60,687 nucleotides of DNA from Candidatus Nanohaloarchaea archaeon (GTDB lineage Archaea; Nanohalarchaeota; Nanosalinia; Nanosalinales; Nanosalinaceae), in NCBI GenBank assembly GCA_041639695.1, contig JBEQBQ010000006.1, forward strand, positions 1 to 60,687, read 5' to 3'. Shown here one piece after another: positions 19,308-28,235 of this stretch. The position numbers and the translations under genes are program-made. Within the stretch, counting starts at the first letter, position 1, and the number at the start of each line of letters is the position of its first letter. The notes under the pieces are model-generated. The model searched no databases, had not been told where the DNA came from, and saw nothing but the letters and a program-made list of their open reading frames with translations.

Positions 19308-19460
19308 TTATCTGTCGAGGCTGTAGTCCTCGTACTGAAGTAAGAGTAAGCGCACTGCTTCGTGGAAAGCATCGGTCTTATCCTTGAACAGTCCCTCTTC
19401 AACCATTCGATCAATCTCTTCATTTAATTCGTCCGATAGTCTTACAGAGACTGTTGCCAT
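19308..19460 (-). CDS. ribbon-helix-helix (CopG/MetJ) microprotein, 50 aa
   Basis: Manual translation MATVSVRLSDELNEEIDRMVEEGLFKDKTDAFHEAVRLLL...; TTTATA box upstream. Confidence 0.8.
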   Translation of the reverse strand: MATVSVRLSDELNEEIDRMVEEGLFKDKTDAFHEAVRLLLLQYEDYSLDR

Positions 19461-19561
19461 CCACTTTCTGTACTACAATTCCAGCAGCTTGTTTATAAAG
19501 ACTCGGTTGTTTTGTGTTACAGAAACTGAAATCTGTAGAAAATGTAATTCATTCGTATTAT

Positions 19562-20737
19562 TCAGAAGTCTCCAAGATTTGACTGTCTTCCGCCAATCAT
19601 CTTAGACCTCTTTCTCAAACGGTTGTATAAGAACTTGAACTTGTTAGATATCTCGAACTTCACCTGCCTAAAGCTATCAAGCTCTTGGGGTTCATCAAAA
19701 GCATCTCTTACCGTTTCACGGATAACCCAGACTCCGAGCGGAGCCCAGTAATCAGGATGAACCTCCCTTAAAACCAAGGCTTTTGCCTGTCTCTTCCTAT
19801 TAATCAAATGTTCAACGATTCCAAGTCTTGCAGCGTAGAAAGCTCCTGAGGTCTCTTGCGCATACTTTGTTCTCCCGCCGTAAGGTTCATGGTCGATACC
19901 TACGTGCGTGTTTTCTGCGGCGTTCCAGACCGATCCAGGACGCTTCATCTCAATCAATTCGTACTCCCACTTTCCAGGTATCAGGAAGATGTGGAAGTCG
20001 TTTCCAACATAGCTGTTTTTGTAGTACTCTATCTGTCCAAGCTCTTGATAGTTCTTAATTCTGGAACGCATCTTCTTCGAGATCATGTCGTCCGAGGCCG
20101 TGATGCTCCAGCGTGTAGGAACTAGTTTCCTGTTATCTTCTTGGCCGAGCATGCCCGTACTCAGGGACTGCTGGATCTTGTAGTTGTCGATTCCTTTGTC
20201 GTGCAGCTCCTCTACAGCGGTCTCGGCTTTTACATCCGTGTCGTAAAACTTTTTCTCGATCTTCTTCTCCACACTCGGGTTTTCGTTGAGCATGAATCGG
20301 TCGATATCGCCCGAAGCCGAGACAGGTTTCACCCGTCCTCCAGAAATACTGCTTCCCGGTTTCTTATCCAATTCAACCTCGATATCAACAGGTTTTTTCG
20401 ACATCGCTACCTCTCTAGTATTCATCACGAAGTTTCCGGTGTTTTCGACCTTGTACTTCTTTTTCGAGTTAACCAGCGAAGTTCTTAGAGAAGCCACTTT
20501 CTCGACGTTGTAGCTGTTCTTGTACCAGTCTTTCGGTGAGTCAAGCAAACTCGAGTCGCCTGGGTGCTGTGGTGAGAGAACGCCGGTGTTAACTTTCGGG
20601 TAGGTGTGGGAGCCGATAAAGACAGAAGGTGCCTTGCCTTGGAACTGTTTCGCTCTCTCAATTGAAGGCATCACGTCTTGAAGCTTTCTCTTCGCCTCCT
20701 CCGCACTCATCCCTTTCGCGAGTTTGCCGTATCCCAT
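19562..20737 (-). CDS. nreA: Nre family PCNA-interacting DNA repair protein
   Basis: PSVFIG..YPKV, LVPTRWSITASDD, GAFYAARL, YWAPLGVWVIRETVR, C-terminal PIP box QSNLGDF. Confidence 0.92.
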   Translation of the reverse strand: MGYGKLAKGMSAEEAKRKLQDVMPSIERAKQFQGKAPSVFIGSHTYPKVNTGVLSPQHPGDSSLLDSPKDWYKNSYNVEKVASLRTSLVNSKKKYKVENTGNFVMNTREVAMSKKPVDIEVELDKKPGSSISGGRVKPVSASGDIDRFMLNENPSVEKKIEKKFYDTDVKAETAVEELHDKGIDNYKIQQSLSTGMLGQEDNRKLVPTRWSITASDDMISKKMRSRIKNYQELGQIEYYKNSYVGNDFHIFLIPGKWEYELIEMKRPGSVWNAAENTHVGIDHEPYGGRTKYAQETSGAFYAARLGIVEHLINRKRQAKALVLREVHPDYWAPLGVWVIRETVRDAFDEPQELDSFRQVKFEISNKFKFLYNRLRKRSKMIGGRQSNLGDF

Positions 20738-20832
20738 ACATTTCTTATTGGAGAGAAATGATTTGAAACTGGTTCTGAAAGGAATCTACCGGGAACACAA
20801 ATGTTTATCTTCTTCCTTGAGACACTAAAATT

Positions 20833-21573
20833 ATGGTTTTGGATTTCCTCAAATCCTTTTTTGGCTCAGAAAGCTCGACAACTAAAGTGGAAAAAGGAAG
20901 TGTTGAGACCAGTGTCGAAGAAGGAGTAGAACAGGCGGCAGACGTAGTTAGGTGCTTGGGTTTTGAGAACGAGGATGTCAAGAAGTCGTACGAAAATTAT
21001 CTTGGGACTGATCTGGAGGAAGGAAGACCGATGGAGAGCTATATGATAGAAAACGATGTATTGATACACGATCTTGGACCTGAAGATAGTGTTCCCGTAG
21101 CAGGCATCGTGAGAAATATAATCAGGTACTCGGATAACGGATTTCATACAGATTTCTCTTATACGGAGAGGGATGTGCAGAGAAAGCTTACGAATGCTCT
21201 GCCTGGGGACTTCGCTTTGAGACTTGAAACTCTTGACGGCGTAAAGCTTGATTCCAGAGAAGAAGGAGTTGAGTACCACTATGTTGAGGAGGGTGATCCA
21301 TTCTGTGTGGTTCTGAACGTAAACGAAAGTGAAAGTAGATCAGAAAAATTCAGTTATCCCGAAGATCATTACGGTAAGAGCAGCCTTGACAGACTTGTTG
21401 AATGTATAAATACTGAATTGCTTGATGACGAATCTTTCAGCATCTACCGGCTCAAGCGATTTGGGGATTACTGGCTCTTTTCGGTTTTAGAAGATAGGAA
21501 TGCAGAAAACTTCAGGCAGTGCTATGGTTCAGACGCCCAGGTTGCAGGCGAAACACTTATTGAGTTTTCCTAG
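20833..21573 (+). CDS. hypothetical protein
   Basis: 246-aa acidic ORF. Confidence 0.65.
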   Translation: MVLDFLKSFFGSESSTTKVEKGSVETSVEEGVEQAADVVRCLGFENEDVKKSYENYLGTDLEEGRPMESYMIENDVLIHDLGPEDSVPVAGIVRNIIRYSDNGFHTDFSYTERDVQRKLTNALPGDFALRLETLDGVKLDSREEGVEYHYVEEGDPFCVVLNVNESESRSEKFSYPEDHYGKSSLDRLVECINTELLDDESFSIYRLKRFGDYWLFSVLEDRNAENFRQCYGSDAQVAGETLIEFS

Positions 21574-21659
21574 TGGTCAGGAAGGCTTTCAGAAACTCTT
21601 GAGACCTTGAATCCTTGTGTCCTGATGAAAGCTTGATAAAACAAAAAATAGAGTTTGGG

Positions 21660-22082
21660 TTACTGAGAACCCGACTTCCGCAGCTTAAAGAAAGAGTAAA
21701 GACCGGACGTGTAGGTTACGATCCAAGCTGCCAGGAAAGCGTAGTAAAGCAGGTTGATCCTGGTTGTGTAGAGGGAAACTAGGAAAGCTGCCAGGAAGAT
21801 GTATGCCAGGGCTCCTGAGCCGACGTGAAGCCTCATGAACAGTTTGGGTCTTGAAAGCCGCTGAAAAGTGCCAGAAATAACTCCGCTGTGCACGAAGTAG
21901 ACTGTGCTGAAGTCAAACATCCCTGCAACTATTATCAAACCTGTAAGCGTTGTCGCGGATCGATCAAACAGCAGTAAAGCTCCGAAAAAGATTAAGCCGG
22001 AGATAGTGGATCCGGTCTGATTCATTATTCTTGCGTTTGATTCTGAAACCTTGTCCAGCTTTTCTTTTATTCTATTAATCAT
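21660..22082 (-). CDS. four-TM membrane protein
   Basis: Hydrophobic ORF starting immediately downstream of tRNA-Ala. Confidence 0.65.
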   Translation of the reverse strand: MINRIKEKLDKVSESNARIMNQTGSTISGLIFFGALLLFDRSATTLTGLIIVAGMFDFSTVYFVHSGVISGTFQRLSRPKLFMRLHVGSGALAYIFLAAFLVSLYTTRINLLYYAFLAAWIVTYTSGLYSFFKLRKSGSQ

Positions 22083-22087
22083 TTTTA

Positions 22088-22162
22088 TGGACTCTCTGGG
22101 ATTTGAACCCAGGGCCTTCTCCTTGCGAGGGAGACGTTCTCGCCAGACTGAACTAAGAGCCC
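22088..22162 (-). tRNA. tRNA-Ala(CGC)
   Basis: Reverse complement GGGCTCT...TCTCC-CT-CGC-AA-GGAGA...GGTTCAAATCC..AGAGTCCA with the G3:U70 Ala identity pair. Confidence 0.95.
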
Positions 22163-22199
22163 GTCTGTAAAAAATAGAACTAATGGAAAAGTTAAAAAC

Positions 22200-22823
22200 T
22201 CAGTTCCGATCTTCCTGAATCTCAAGAGGAAGTTCTTTATCTTCGTGGATTCCGGTTGTCATTACTAGCTTGAGTCCTTCCTTGACCTTGAGATCAACAT
22301 CTTCCACATCGTCCTCCTCCACTATTATCAGGTGTCCTGAGGTAGGGTTAGGGCTCTGCGGAATAAAGATGTTCAGTTTTCCCTCACCTAGTTCTTCAGG
22401 TGCGTCTCCTGTAACAAATCCGATGCTTTCAACTCCTTCTCTCGGGTATTCAACTAGTACTACGCGTTGGTACCTGCTTTTCTCAACCATGGAGTTTGCC
22501 AAGTGTCTTACTGAGAAGTAAATTGTGCGTACCAGCGGTATGAGGTTGATTGCGCGGCCTCCACCTCCAAGCAGTTTCTTTCCGTACCTGCTTGATGCGG
22601 TAAGGCCTACAAGCGTTACTAGGACACCTAAAGTTGCGACTGTGACTAGTTGTGCCACGAGATCGATGTTGGCGGTGTACTGAGCGAGTCCAAGGTTGAC
22701 TACTATAGGATCTATGATGCTTAGCATCCAGCCGTAGACAAGTTTCAGTACGAATATAGTTACGGCAAGCGGCGTGAGGATTATCGCACCGGTTATAAAG
22801 TAGTTTTTCAAACGCTGCTTCAT
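22200..22823 (-). CDS. DUF502 family membrane protein
   Basis: YFITG...P..VT, IPLVRTIY, VVLVEYPREG..IGFVT, FIPQSPNPTSG. Confidence 0.9.
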   Translation of the reverse strand: MKQRLKNYFITGAIILTPLAVTIFVLKLVYGWMLSIIDPIVVNLGLAQYTANIDLVAQLVTVATLGVLVTLVGLTASSRYGKKLLGGGGRAINLIPLVRTIYFSVRHLANSMVEKSRYQRVVLVEYPREGVESIGFVTGDAPEELGEGKLNIFIPQSPNPTSGHLIIVEEDDVEDVDLKVKEGLKLVMTTGIHEDKELPLEIQEDRN

Positions 22824-22863
22824 ACTAACAAGAGAGGGGTTCTATATGGTATAAACCTTGTGA

Positions 22864-23049
22864 TTAAGTTGCGTGCTTTGAGTAGTATTTCGAGATAATA
22901 CTGACGAGAGCAACCATCAAAACCATGAAAACGACTACTCCTTCAATAAGACCTATCGTGGTGATCGTTACAGCTGTCAAAACAATAATGGAGAAGTTGA
23001 GAACTGAGAACACGACGAAAAGTTTCGACGCCCTCCGGTCTATATCCAT
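22864..23049 (-). CDS. small two-TM membrane protein
   Basis: 61-aa hydrophobic ORF. Confidence 0.55.
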   Translation of the reverse strand: MDIDRRASKLFVVFSVLNFSIIVLTAVTITTIGLIEGVVVFMVLMVALVSIISKYYSKHAT

Positions 23050-23103
23050 ACTTCAACATTAGACATGCCGGGGTTTAAATCTCTAAAACCAACTTAAGGA
23101 ATT

Positions 23104-23313
23104 ATGAGCTTATTACATGCAGCTATCGGCTTCTTCGCAGGAACCTTTGTAGGTGTCGGACTATCTATCTTCTACATAAGATGGAAGATAAGATCCCAGC
23201 TAGGAGCTATGCAGCAACAAATGGATTCGATGTTTGAAGCTACGGAAGCGATGAACGAATCATTTGATGATATCGAGGAAGCTGATTTCGAAGAAAAAGA
23301 AGAGAAAGAGTAA
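23104..23313 (+). CDS. small single-TM protein with acidic tail
   Basis: N-terminal TM, helical acidic C-terminus, TATA box upstream. Confidence 0.6.
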   Translation: MSLLHAAIGFFAGTFVGVGLSIFYIRWKIRSQLGAMQQQMDSMFEATEAMNESFDDIEEADFEEKEEKE

Positions 23314-23323
23314 ACGAGGGCTT

Positions 23324-23557
23324 TTAAGCAGTCTCTGATAGCTTGTAGCCGAACCATATCTGGTAAAGTCCGGAAAGACCTACAAGCAGGTAGATCGTGG
23401 CCTCCAAGGCCCCCTCCATGATATCGCTGAAGAGGATGTCCACGAGGTTCCAGTTGCCCTCGAAGAAGAATCCTAGGCCTATCAGACCCCAGGTTATCGC
23501 ACCTATGATTACAAGGGTCAATGTGGCCCAGTCAACGAAGTTTACATCATCGGTCAT
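23324..23557 (-). CDS. DUF378 family membrane protein
   Basis: LVIIGAITWGLIG...NLVD.LF...IYLLVGLSGLY. Confidence 0.85.
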   Translation of the reverse strand: MTDDVNFVDWATLTLVIIGAITWGLIGLGFFFEGNWNLVDILFSDIMEGALEATIYLLVGLSGLYQIWFGYKLSETA

Positions 23558-23625
23558 TAAGGTTTATCACCTGTCAAGACAACGCCTCTCCCAAGTTAAA
23601 AGCAACGCTGTACTCCATCTAACTA

Positions 23626-23985
23626 TTACTGGTTCTCAAGCCTTTCCGCTGTCTTCTCCATCTCGTCCGAGATTGAATGAAGCTGCTCGATAAATGCTTC
23701 AGTCTTCGCGTTGTACTGCTCGTCTATCTCAATATTTCGTAGCGACTTCCTGACATGTGCTTCTTTGACCTTCGCCATCATCTCAGCATCGTCCATGGTC
23801 TGGTCGATAATCTCGTCCAGTAGTTCGGACAGAACACAGTTTATTACGTGGGGAACATCTCCGTCAAGGGTTTGTTCCTCGTCCATGTTTTCTCTTAGTA
23901 GTCGTGCGATCCTTCCCTCTGAAAGAGCTAGATCCGAGTTTTCCAATTGGCCGTAGTTGTCAGGTACAAGCTTCTCCAAGTTCAT
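23626..23985 (-). CDS. histone-fold protein with C-terminal coiled coil
   Basis: LSEGRIARLLRENM...long helix 2...KVKEAHVRKSL histone-fold pattern followed by a heptad helix. Confidence 0.65.
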   Translation of the reverse strand: MNLEKLVPDNYGQLENSDLALSEGRIARLLRENMDEEQTLDGDVPHVINCVLSELLDEIIDQTMDDAEMMAKVKEAHVRKSLRNIEIDEQYNAKTEAFIEQLHSISDEMEKTAERLENQ

Positions 23986-24019
23986 AGATATTTTTTAACA
24001 AGAAAGATTTAAACGGGTT

Positions 24020-24454
24020 TCAGGCCCCGACTCCGCCATTACCATTTCTCCAGTTCTCCTCATTTCTCTCTAAAGGATCCGCTACGATTTCATCGTCCCT
24101 CATTTGATGGCACTCAAGTATGAAGTCCGATCTTATATCGGCGTATGCATCATATGCCTCCTTAGCCATTTCTCTTACTTCAGAGGCATTTACTCCATCA
24201 TCTGGGGATTCAAGATGATCGGAAGTATCCTCAAGCTCCTCTATAATTCCGCTAAGCTGCCTCATTCTCTCTTCTGTTTCGATAAGTGTTTCTGCTGCTT
24301 TTTCTGTTTCTTCACAGTACTGACCGGTTTCAACTTTAGTGGTCTGTTTGTACTGCTCCAAGGTATCCAGATAGGTATCGAAAACATGTTCTGCGATACC
24401 AAGTTCGGCTTTTGCTGTGTCAACTTTGCTGTAAAGCTCTGAGACGTCCGTCAA
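24020..24454 (-). CDS. hypothetical coiled-coil protein
   Basis: 144-aa acidic helical ORF. Confidence 0.6.
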   Translation of the reverse strand: MTDVSELYSKVDTAKAELGIAEHVFDTYLDTLEQYKQTTKVETGQYCEETEKAAETLIETEERMRQLSGIIEELEDTSDHLESPDDGVNASEVREMAKEAYDAYADIRSDFILECHQMRDDEIVADPLERNEENWRNGNGGVGA

Positions 24455-24522
24455 GTATAGAACCCTTCAAAGTCTTGGTTTGGATCAAGTTAAATAATTA
24501 AGGGCGGAATCCAAGGATACAA

Positions 24523-24597
24523 GCCCGAATGGTGTAGTCTGGCCAATCATTTTGCCCTCTCGAGGCAAAGACCCGAGTTCAAATCTCGGTTCGGGCA
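24523..24597 (+). tRNA. tRNA-Glu(CTC)
   Basis: GCCCGAA..TTGCC-CT-CTC-GA-GGCAA..GTTCAAAT..TTCGGGCA cloverleaf. Confidence 0.95.
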
Positions 24598-24635
24598 TCT
24601 TCGATTTTGGAAAAAAGAAGAAAGAAAAGGAATTT

Positions 24636-24941
24636 TTACTGTCTCTTTCCTACCTTCTCTGAGAGTGTTTCCTTAGTGTACTCCTCAGGAGGCCTTTCCA
24701 TAAAACCAAAGAGTATGACTTCTTGGCCTTGAATGTCGAATAGCGCTCTGTAGCTTAAATCTTCGATCTCAACTTTCTTTCTGAAGATCTCAAATCCATA
24801 TCGACAGACTAGTTCGACATCGTCTCTTGAAAGAGGTGCTGTGTCGAGGTTCTCCACTTCGTCGATAACTTTCTGTTTCTGCTCGGCACTTAGTTTCTTA
24901 AGGTCGTAGTTGATTGCTTTTTTCTTGATTTTGACTTCCAT
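24636..24941 (-). CDS. RelE/ParE-like toxin
   Basis: V.IKKKA..DLKKL N-terminus, YRALFDI....V.L; overlaps the upstream RHH gene. Confidence 0.65.
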   Translation of the reverse strand: MEVKIKKKAINYDLKKLSAEQKQKVIDEVENLDTAPLSRDDVELVCRYGFEIFRKKVEIEDLSYRALFDIQGQEVILFGFMERPPEEYTKETLSEKVGKRQ

Positions 24942-25149
24942 CTTTTTCCCTTACAAATTCTCTTGCCTGTTCGATCGTTATGGCGTCTCCTTCGTCGTCT
25001 TCGATTCGAGTTACTACCATATCTCCTTCTACTTTCTCTCTGATTGCTGTCCTGACGTACTCTGAAGTGTTCTGGTAGCCTCTTTCTTCTGCCATCTCTT
25101 CTGCTTGATCTTTTAGGCTTTCAGGGATTTTGATTGTTAGACTCGTCAT
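24898..25149 (-). CDS. RHH (CopG-type) antitoxin
   Basis: LTIKIPESLK...GYQNTSEYVRTAIRE, acidic tail with TIEQARE; GGTGA SD-like sequence upstream. Confidence 0.78.
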   Translation of the reverse strand: MTSLTIKIPESLKDQAEEMAEERGYQNTSEYVRTAIREKVEGDMVVTRIEDDEGDAITIEQAREFVREKDGSQNQEKSNQLRP

Positions 25150-25151
25150 GC

Positions 25152-25294
25152 TCTCACCGCTTTCTTGTGTTGGACACGAGTTCAGCGAAACCTATCTGAA
25201 CCAGCCCTATGAGGTTTTTGGGTGGGAGCGGATCTAAGGCCCAAGGTGGGTTCACACTGATCAGATCCCTTCCCGTGCCAAAATATTGGTGAGA
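25152..25294 (-). ncRNA. putative structured RNA leader of the TA operon
   Basis: Consecutive hairpins at 25164-25180, 25180-25201 and about 25216-25283, enclosed by TCTCACC/GGTGAGA. Confidence 0.35.
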
Positions 25295-25397
25295 AAATCT
25301 TTAATATCTTACCTTTGTAAGATGTTTGAATTATCTGACCGTTCTTCTGTTCTAAAAAACCAAGTTGGAATTAAAAATAATGGAAAAAGAAGAGCGA

Positions 25398-26999
25398 CTA
25401 GTCTCTCTTCTCAAACCTCACTGATTGGTTCTCCCCGATTTCTACCCTGTCAACTACTTCACCGTCCTCCATTACGACAACGTTCCAAACTCCTTCAGTT
25501 GCTTCTCCGGATGTCTGGTTTCCATCGGTTACTGCCCCATTCTGGACTTCTTCGTTTTCGAGGAAGTCGATGAACTGCTGGTCGGTCTCCGCGTTTATGA
25601 CATCACCTGATTGTGCGTTGACGAATGAGGTGAATGCGATTCCGGCTGAGTCAAGTGGTACGACTCTTACCTGCCAGTAGAGCTGGTCGTTTACAACCAC
25701 AGGTATTGGTTCGGATGGCTGGAAGCCGGTTTGGACTGTTTGTTCGCCACTTGTTCTGTCAGCCCAGTTAACTTTCGAGTTTGCTTTCCTGACGTAGTTT
25801 GTGGCTTTGTTCGCTCCCAAAAGTGCTTCGCTCCTGTTAAGTTTGAGTACGGAGTAGTCTCCGGTTGAGGCATCGACTGTCCAGATCTGGAATAGTCCCT
25901 GTGCGTTTCCGTAAGGTTCTGCGGCCACGAACAGTTTCACGCCTTCCTCTGTCAGGATGGTGAATGGCTGGTCGTTTCCTTCGCCCGGTACTTCAGCGAC
26001 TTCTAGCTGGTCGCGGTGGGTGAACCAGGCGTTGATGATTCCGTGTTTGTAGGCTAGTGAGGATACTTTCTTTCTTGCTAGATCGTACGGGTAAAGTCTC
26101 TGGTCCTGAAGAACTTCGTTCTGTGCTGCCTCTTCTGGTTCGAGGAATTCTATGTTTCCTTCGGGATCTACTAAAGCGACTCCGGCCCATTCAGGAGTTG
26201 TGTAGAAGATTGGGGATCCGAAGTGGAACTCGTAGTCCTTGTAAGGTACCGCGATGTATGTTTTCCCGTTGTGTTCTAGGTTGATTGGATCTTCGTAGTC
26301 GACCCAGAACTTTTCTTTCTTTAACTGCCACATCACGTTGTCGGTAACACCCATACCAAGTCCTGCTTCCATCCTGTCCTCTGTGTAGCTGATTTTCTTG
26401 TTCTGTGTGGTCATGTCCACGAAGGTTGCGCCTCGCTGTTTTAACGCGAAGTAGTTGTATAATCCGTCAGGTTTTTTCGGCATCGACCAGTAAGGCTTTC
26501 CTTCGTCCGAGATTGAGATATCTGCCTCACCTAAAGTGTATCTAGGTGTCTGAAGCGAGTTTGATGCGTATTCCTGTGCCACGGATTTTGGCAGTACTCG
26601 AGGCCGGTTGGGATCGATGTCAGGAAGATTCTGGAGCTCCGATGCATCTGCTTCTACCTCTCCTGCTAGCTCTTCCATCTCAAAAGCGTTTGAGAGAGGC
26701 ATTCCGAATACGAGTAAAGGAACAAGCAGTACTGAGATTCCTAGCATCCAGATATTAGCTTTACCCGAGTCAAACTGTTCGTTCGAGTCCAAGGCTTCAA
26801 GTTTTTCTACGAGTGTTTTGCCGGCGATAACTACGCCGAGAACTGTTAACCCGATTACTTGCCACAGGTAAGGGTTCCTATATATTCCCAGTAGGGCTCC
26901 GTGTAACCATGGTCTGAAGAAGTAGGCCAGCCCCCCAAGTAGTAGTAAAGGTGTTAGCAATCCGATTATCTTTCCGGCATTAAGCTCTTTTAGTTTCAT
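25398..26999 (-). CDS. membrane-anchored hypothetical protein (3 N-terminal TM, large extracellular beta domain)
   Basis: 533-aa ORF. Confidence 0.75.
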   Translation of the reverse strand: MKLKELNAGKIIGLLTPLLLLGGLAYFFRPWLHGALLGIYRNPYLWQVIGLTVLGVVIAGKTLVEKLEALDSNEQFDSGKANIWMLGISVLLVPLLVFGMPLSNAFEMEELAGEVEADASELQNLPDIDPNRPRVLPKSVAQEYASNSLQTPRYTLGEADISISDEGKPYWSMPKKPDGLYNYFALKQRGATFVDMTTQNKKISYTEDRMEAGLGMGVTDNVMWQLKKEKFWVDYEDPINLEHNGKTYIAVPYKDYEFHFGSPIFYTTPEWAGVALVDPEGNIEFLEPEEAAQNEVLQDQRLYPYDLARKKVSSLAYKHGIINAWFTHRDQLEVAEVPGEGNDQPFTILTEEGVKLFVAAEPYGNAQGLFQIWTVDASTGDYSVLKLNRSEALLGANKATNYVRKANSKVNWADRTSGEQTVQTGFQPSEPIPVVVNDQLYWQVRVVPLDSAGIAFTSFVNAQSGDVINAETDQQFIDFLENEEVQNGAVTDGNQTSGEATEGVWNVVVMEDGEVVDRVEIGENQSVRFEKRD

Positions 27000-27072
27000 A
27001 CCAATTATTTGTGGCGGGGCTTGTTTTATTCTTCCGGAAAGCTTATTGAAGGTGAGACATCATTCAGGAAGT

Positions 27073-27837
27073 ATGATTCTCGAAAAGATACTTTTCAGCA
27101 CATCGATTTATTTCCAGACAATACGTTTTGGAGCCGCCTTCGTTCTTGGAATGGTTTTAACTAGAGCTGTATTGATGCCGGTATCAAAGAGACTTTTCTC
27201 CAAAAGGCCGGGGAAGAAAGCAAGCCACTCGGCAGAAAACATTACGGGCCTAGTAGGATTATTCGTTACGATGGTTCTAGCTCTACAGGTTGGAGGTTTC
27301 GGAAATCTTCTAACACTTGTAGGAACTTTAGCCGCCGCAGCCACAGTTGCGATAGGTTTCGGAATGAGAGACCAGGTTTCAAGTGTCATAGCCGGTTTCT
27401 TCCTATATACGGATAATCCGTTTCTCAAGGGAGACTACATCAAAGTAAACGATATCGAAGGCAGAGTAAGAGAGGTAAACCTCAGGACCACAATACTTAA
27501 CGGCCATAACTCCGAGAAACAGGTAGTGCCTAACAGCATTCTTACAACAAACAACGTGAAGAACTTCACCAAGTCGGATAGAACCAAGATAAGCCTGGAG
27601 TTTAAAGCTAAACCTGAAGAAGGCCTGGAAGAGAAAGTTTTAGAGCTTGTGAAATCGGAAAAAGAAATTCTAGAAAAACCTGAGCCCGAGATAGTTTACA
27701 CCGGTGTTGAAGATGGCAAAGCAATTTTACAGTTGCATGCCTGGGTAAAAGAGTCAGCAAACTACAGAGCTATTAGATCCAACCTCTTTGAACTTATTGC
27801 CCCGGTTATTAAAGAACCCGAAGAAGACAAGGAATAA
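27073..27837 (+). CDS. mscS: MscS-family mechanosensitive channel
   Basis: AIGFGMRDQVSSVIAG, PFLKGDYI, EGRVREVNLRTT, VPNS. Confidence 0.9.
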   Translation: MILEKILFSTSIYFQTIRFGAAFVLGMVLTRAVLMPVSKRLFSKRPGKKASHSAENITGLVGLFVTMVLALQVGGFGNLLTLVGTLAAAATVAIGFGMRDQVSSVIAGFFLYTDNPFLKGDYIKVNDIEGRVREVNLRTTILNGHNSEKQVVPNSILTTNNVKNFTKSDRTKISLEFKAKPEEGLEEKVLELVKSEKEILEKPEPEIVYTGVEDGKAILQLHAWVKESANYRAIRSNLFELIAPVIKEPEEDKE

Positions 27838-27881
27838 TTAAGAACTCCCTTGGCTTGAGGTCTTAATTCAGTATTGCTCTC

Positions 27882-28144
27882 TTATTCGTCAGTTCCCTGA
27901 TCCTCAACTAAAAGCTCGTACTCCTGCTCCCGGAAAGTCTGGTCTGCCCTTACAACAGGGTCGTCGATCCCCATCTCGTCTATAATTACTTCAAGAGTCT
28001 CATAGAGGCTTACCAGTCCACTAACTTTCTCATAATTAACAGTTAGTTCGGCTCTACCAGGCTCTATATCTGCTCTGCTTCATAGTTTGGATTGAGATCC
28101 TCGACCTTTGTCTCAATCAAATCTTCAAGGTCTCTCAGATACAT
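27882..28144 (-). pseudogene. frameshifted acidic hypothetical ORF
   Basis: MYLRDLEDLIETKVEDLNPNYE continues as ADIEPGRAELTVNY...DQGTDE* only if one base is restored near 28080. Confidence 0.45.
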
Positions 28145-28235
28145 AGTGGACTAATTGTCGCTGAAAACTTATTCATCTGGAACATTATTTGATAGAGGGA
28201 CTGGGCTTAAATTCTGCAAACACTAGTTTGATTTT

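Noticed and set aside
25180-25270. Hammerhead-like words (CGAAAC, CTGATCAG) in the TA leader
   Set aside because: No intact CUGANGA core with correctly ordered stems on either strand
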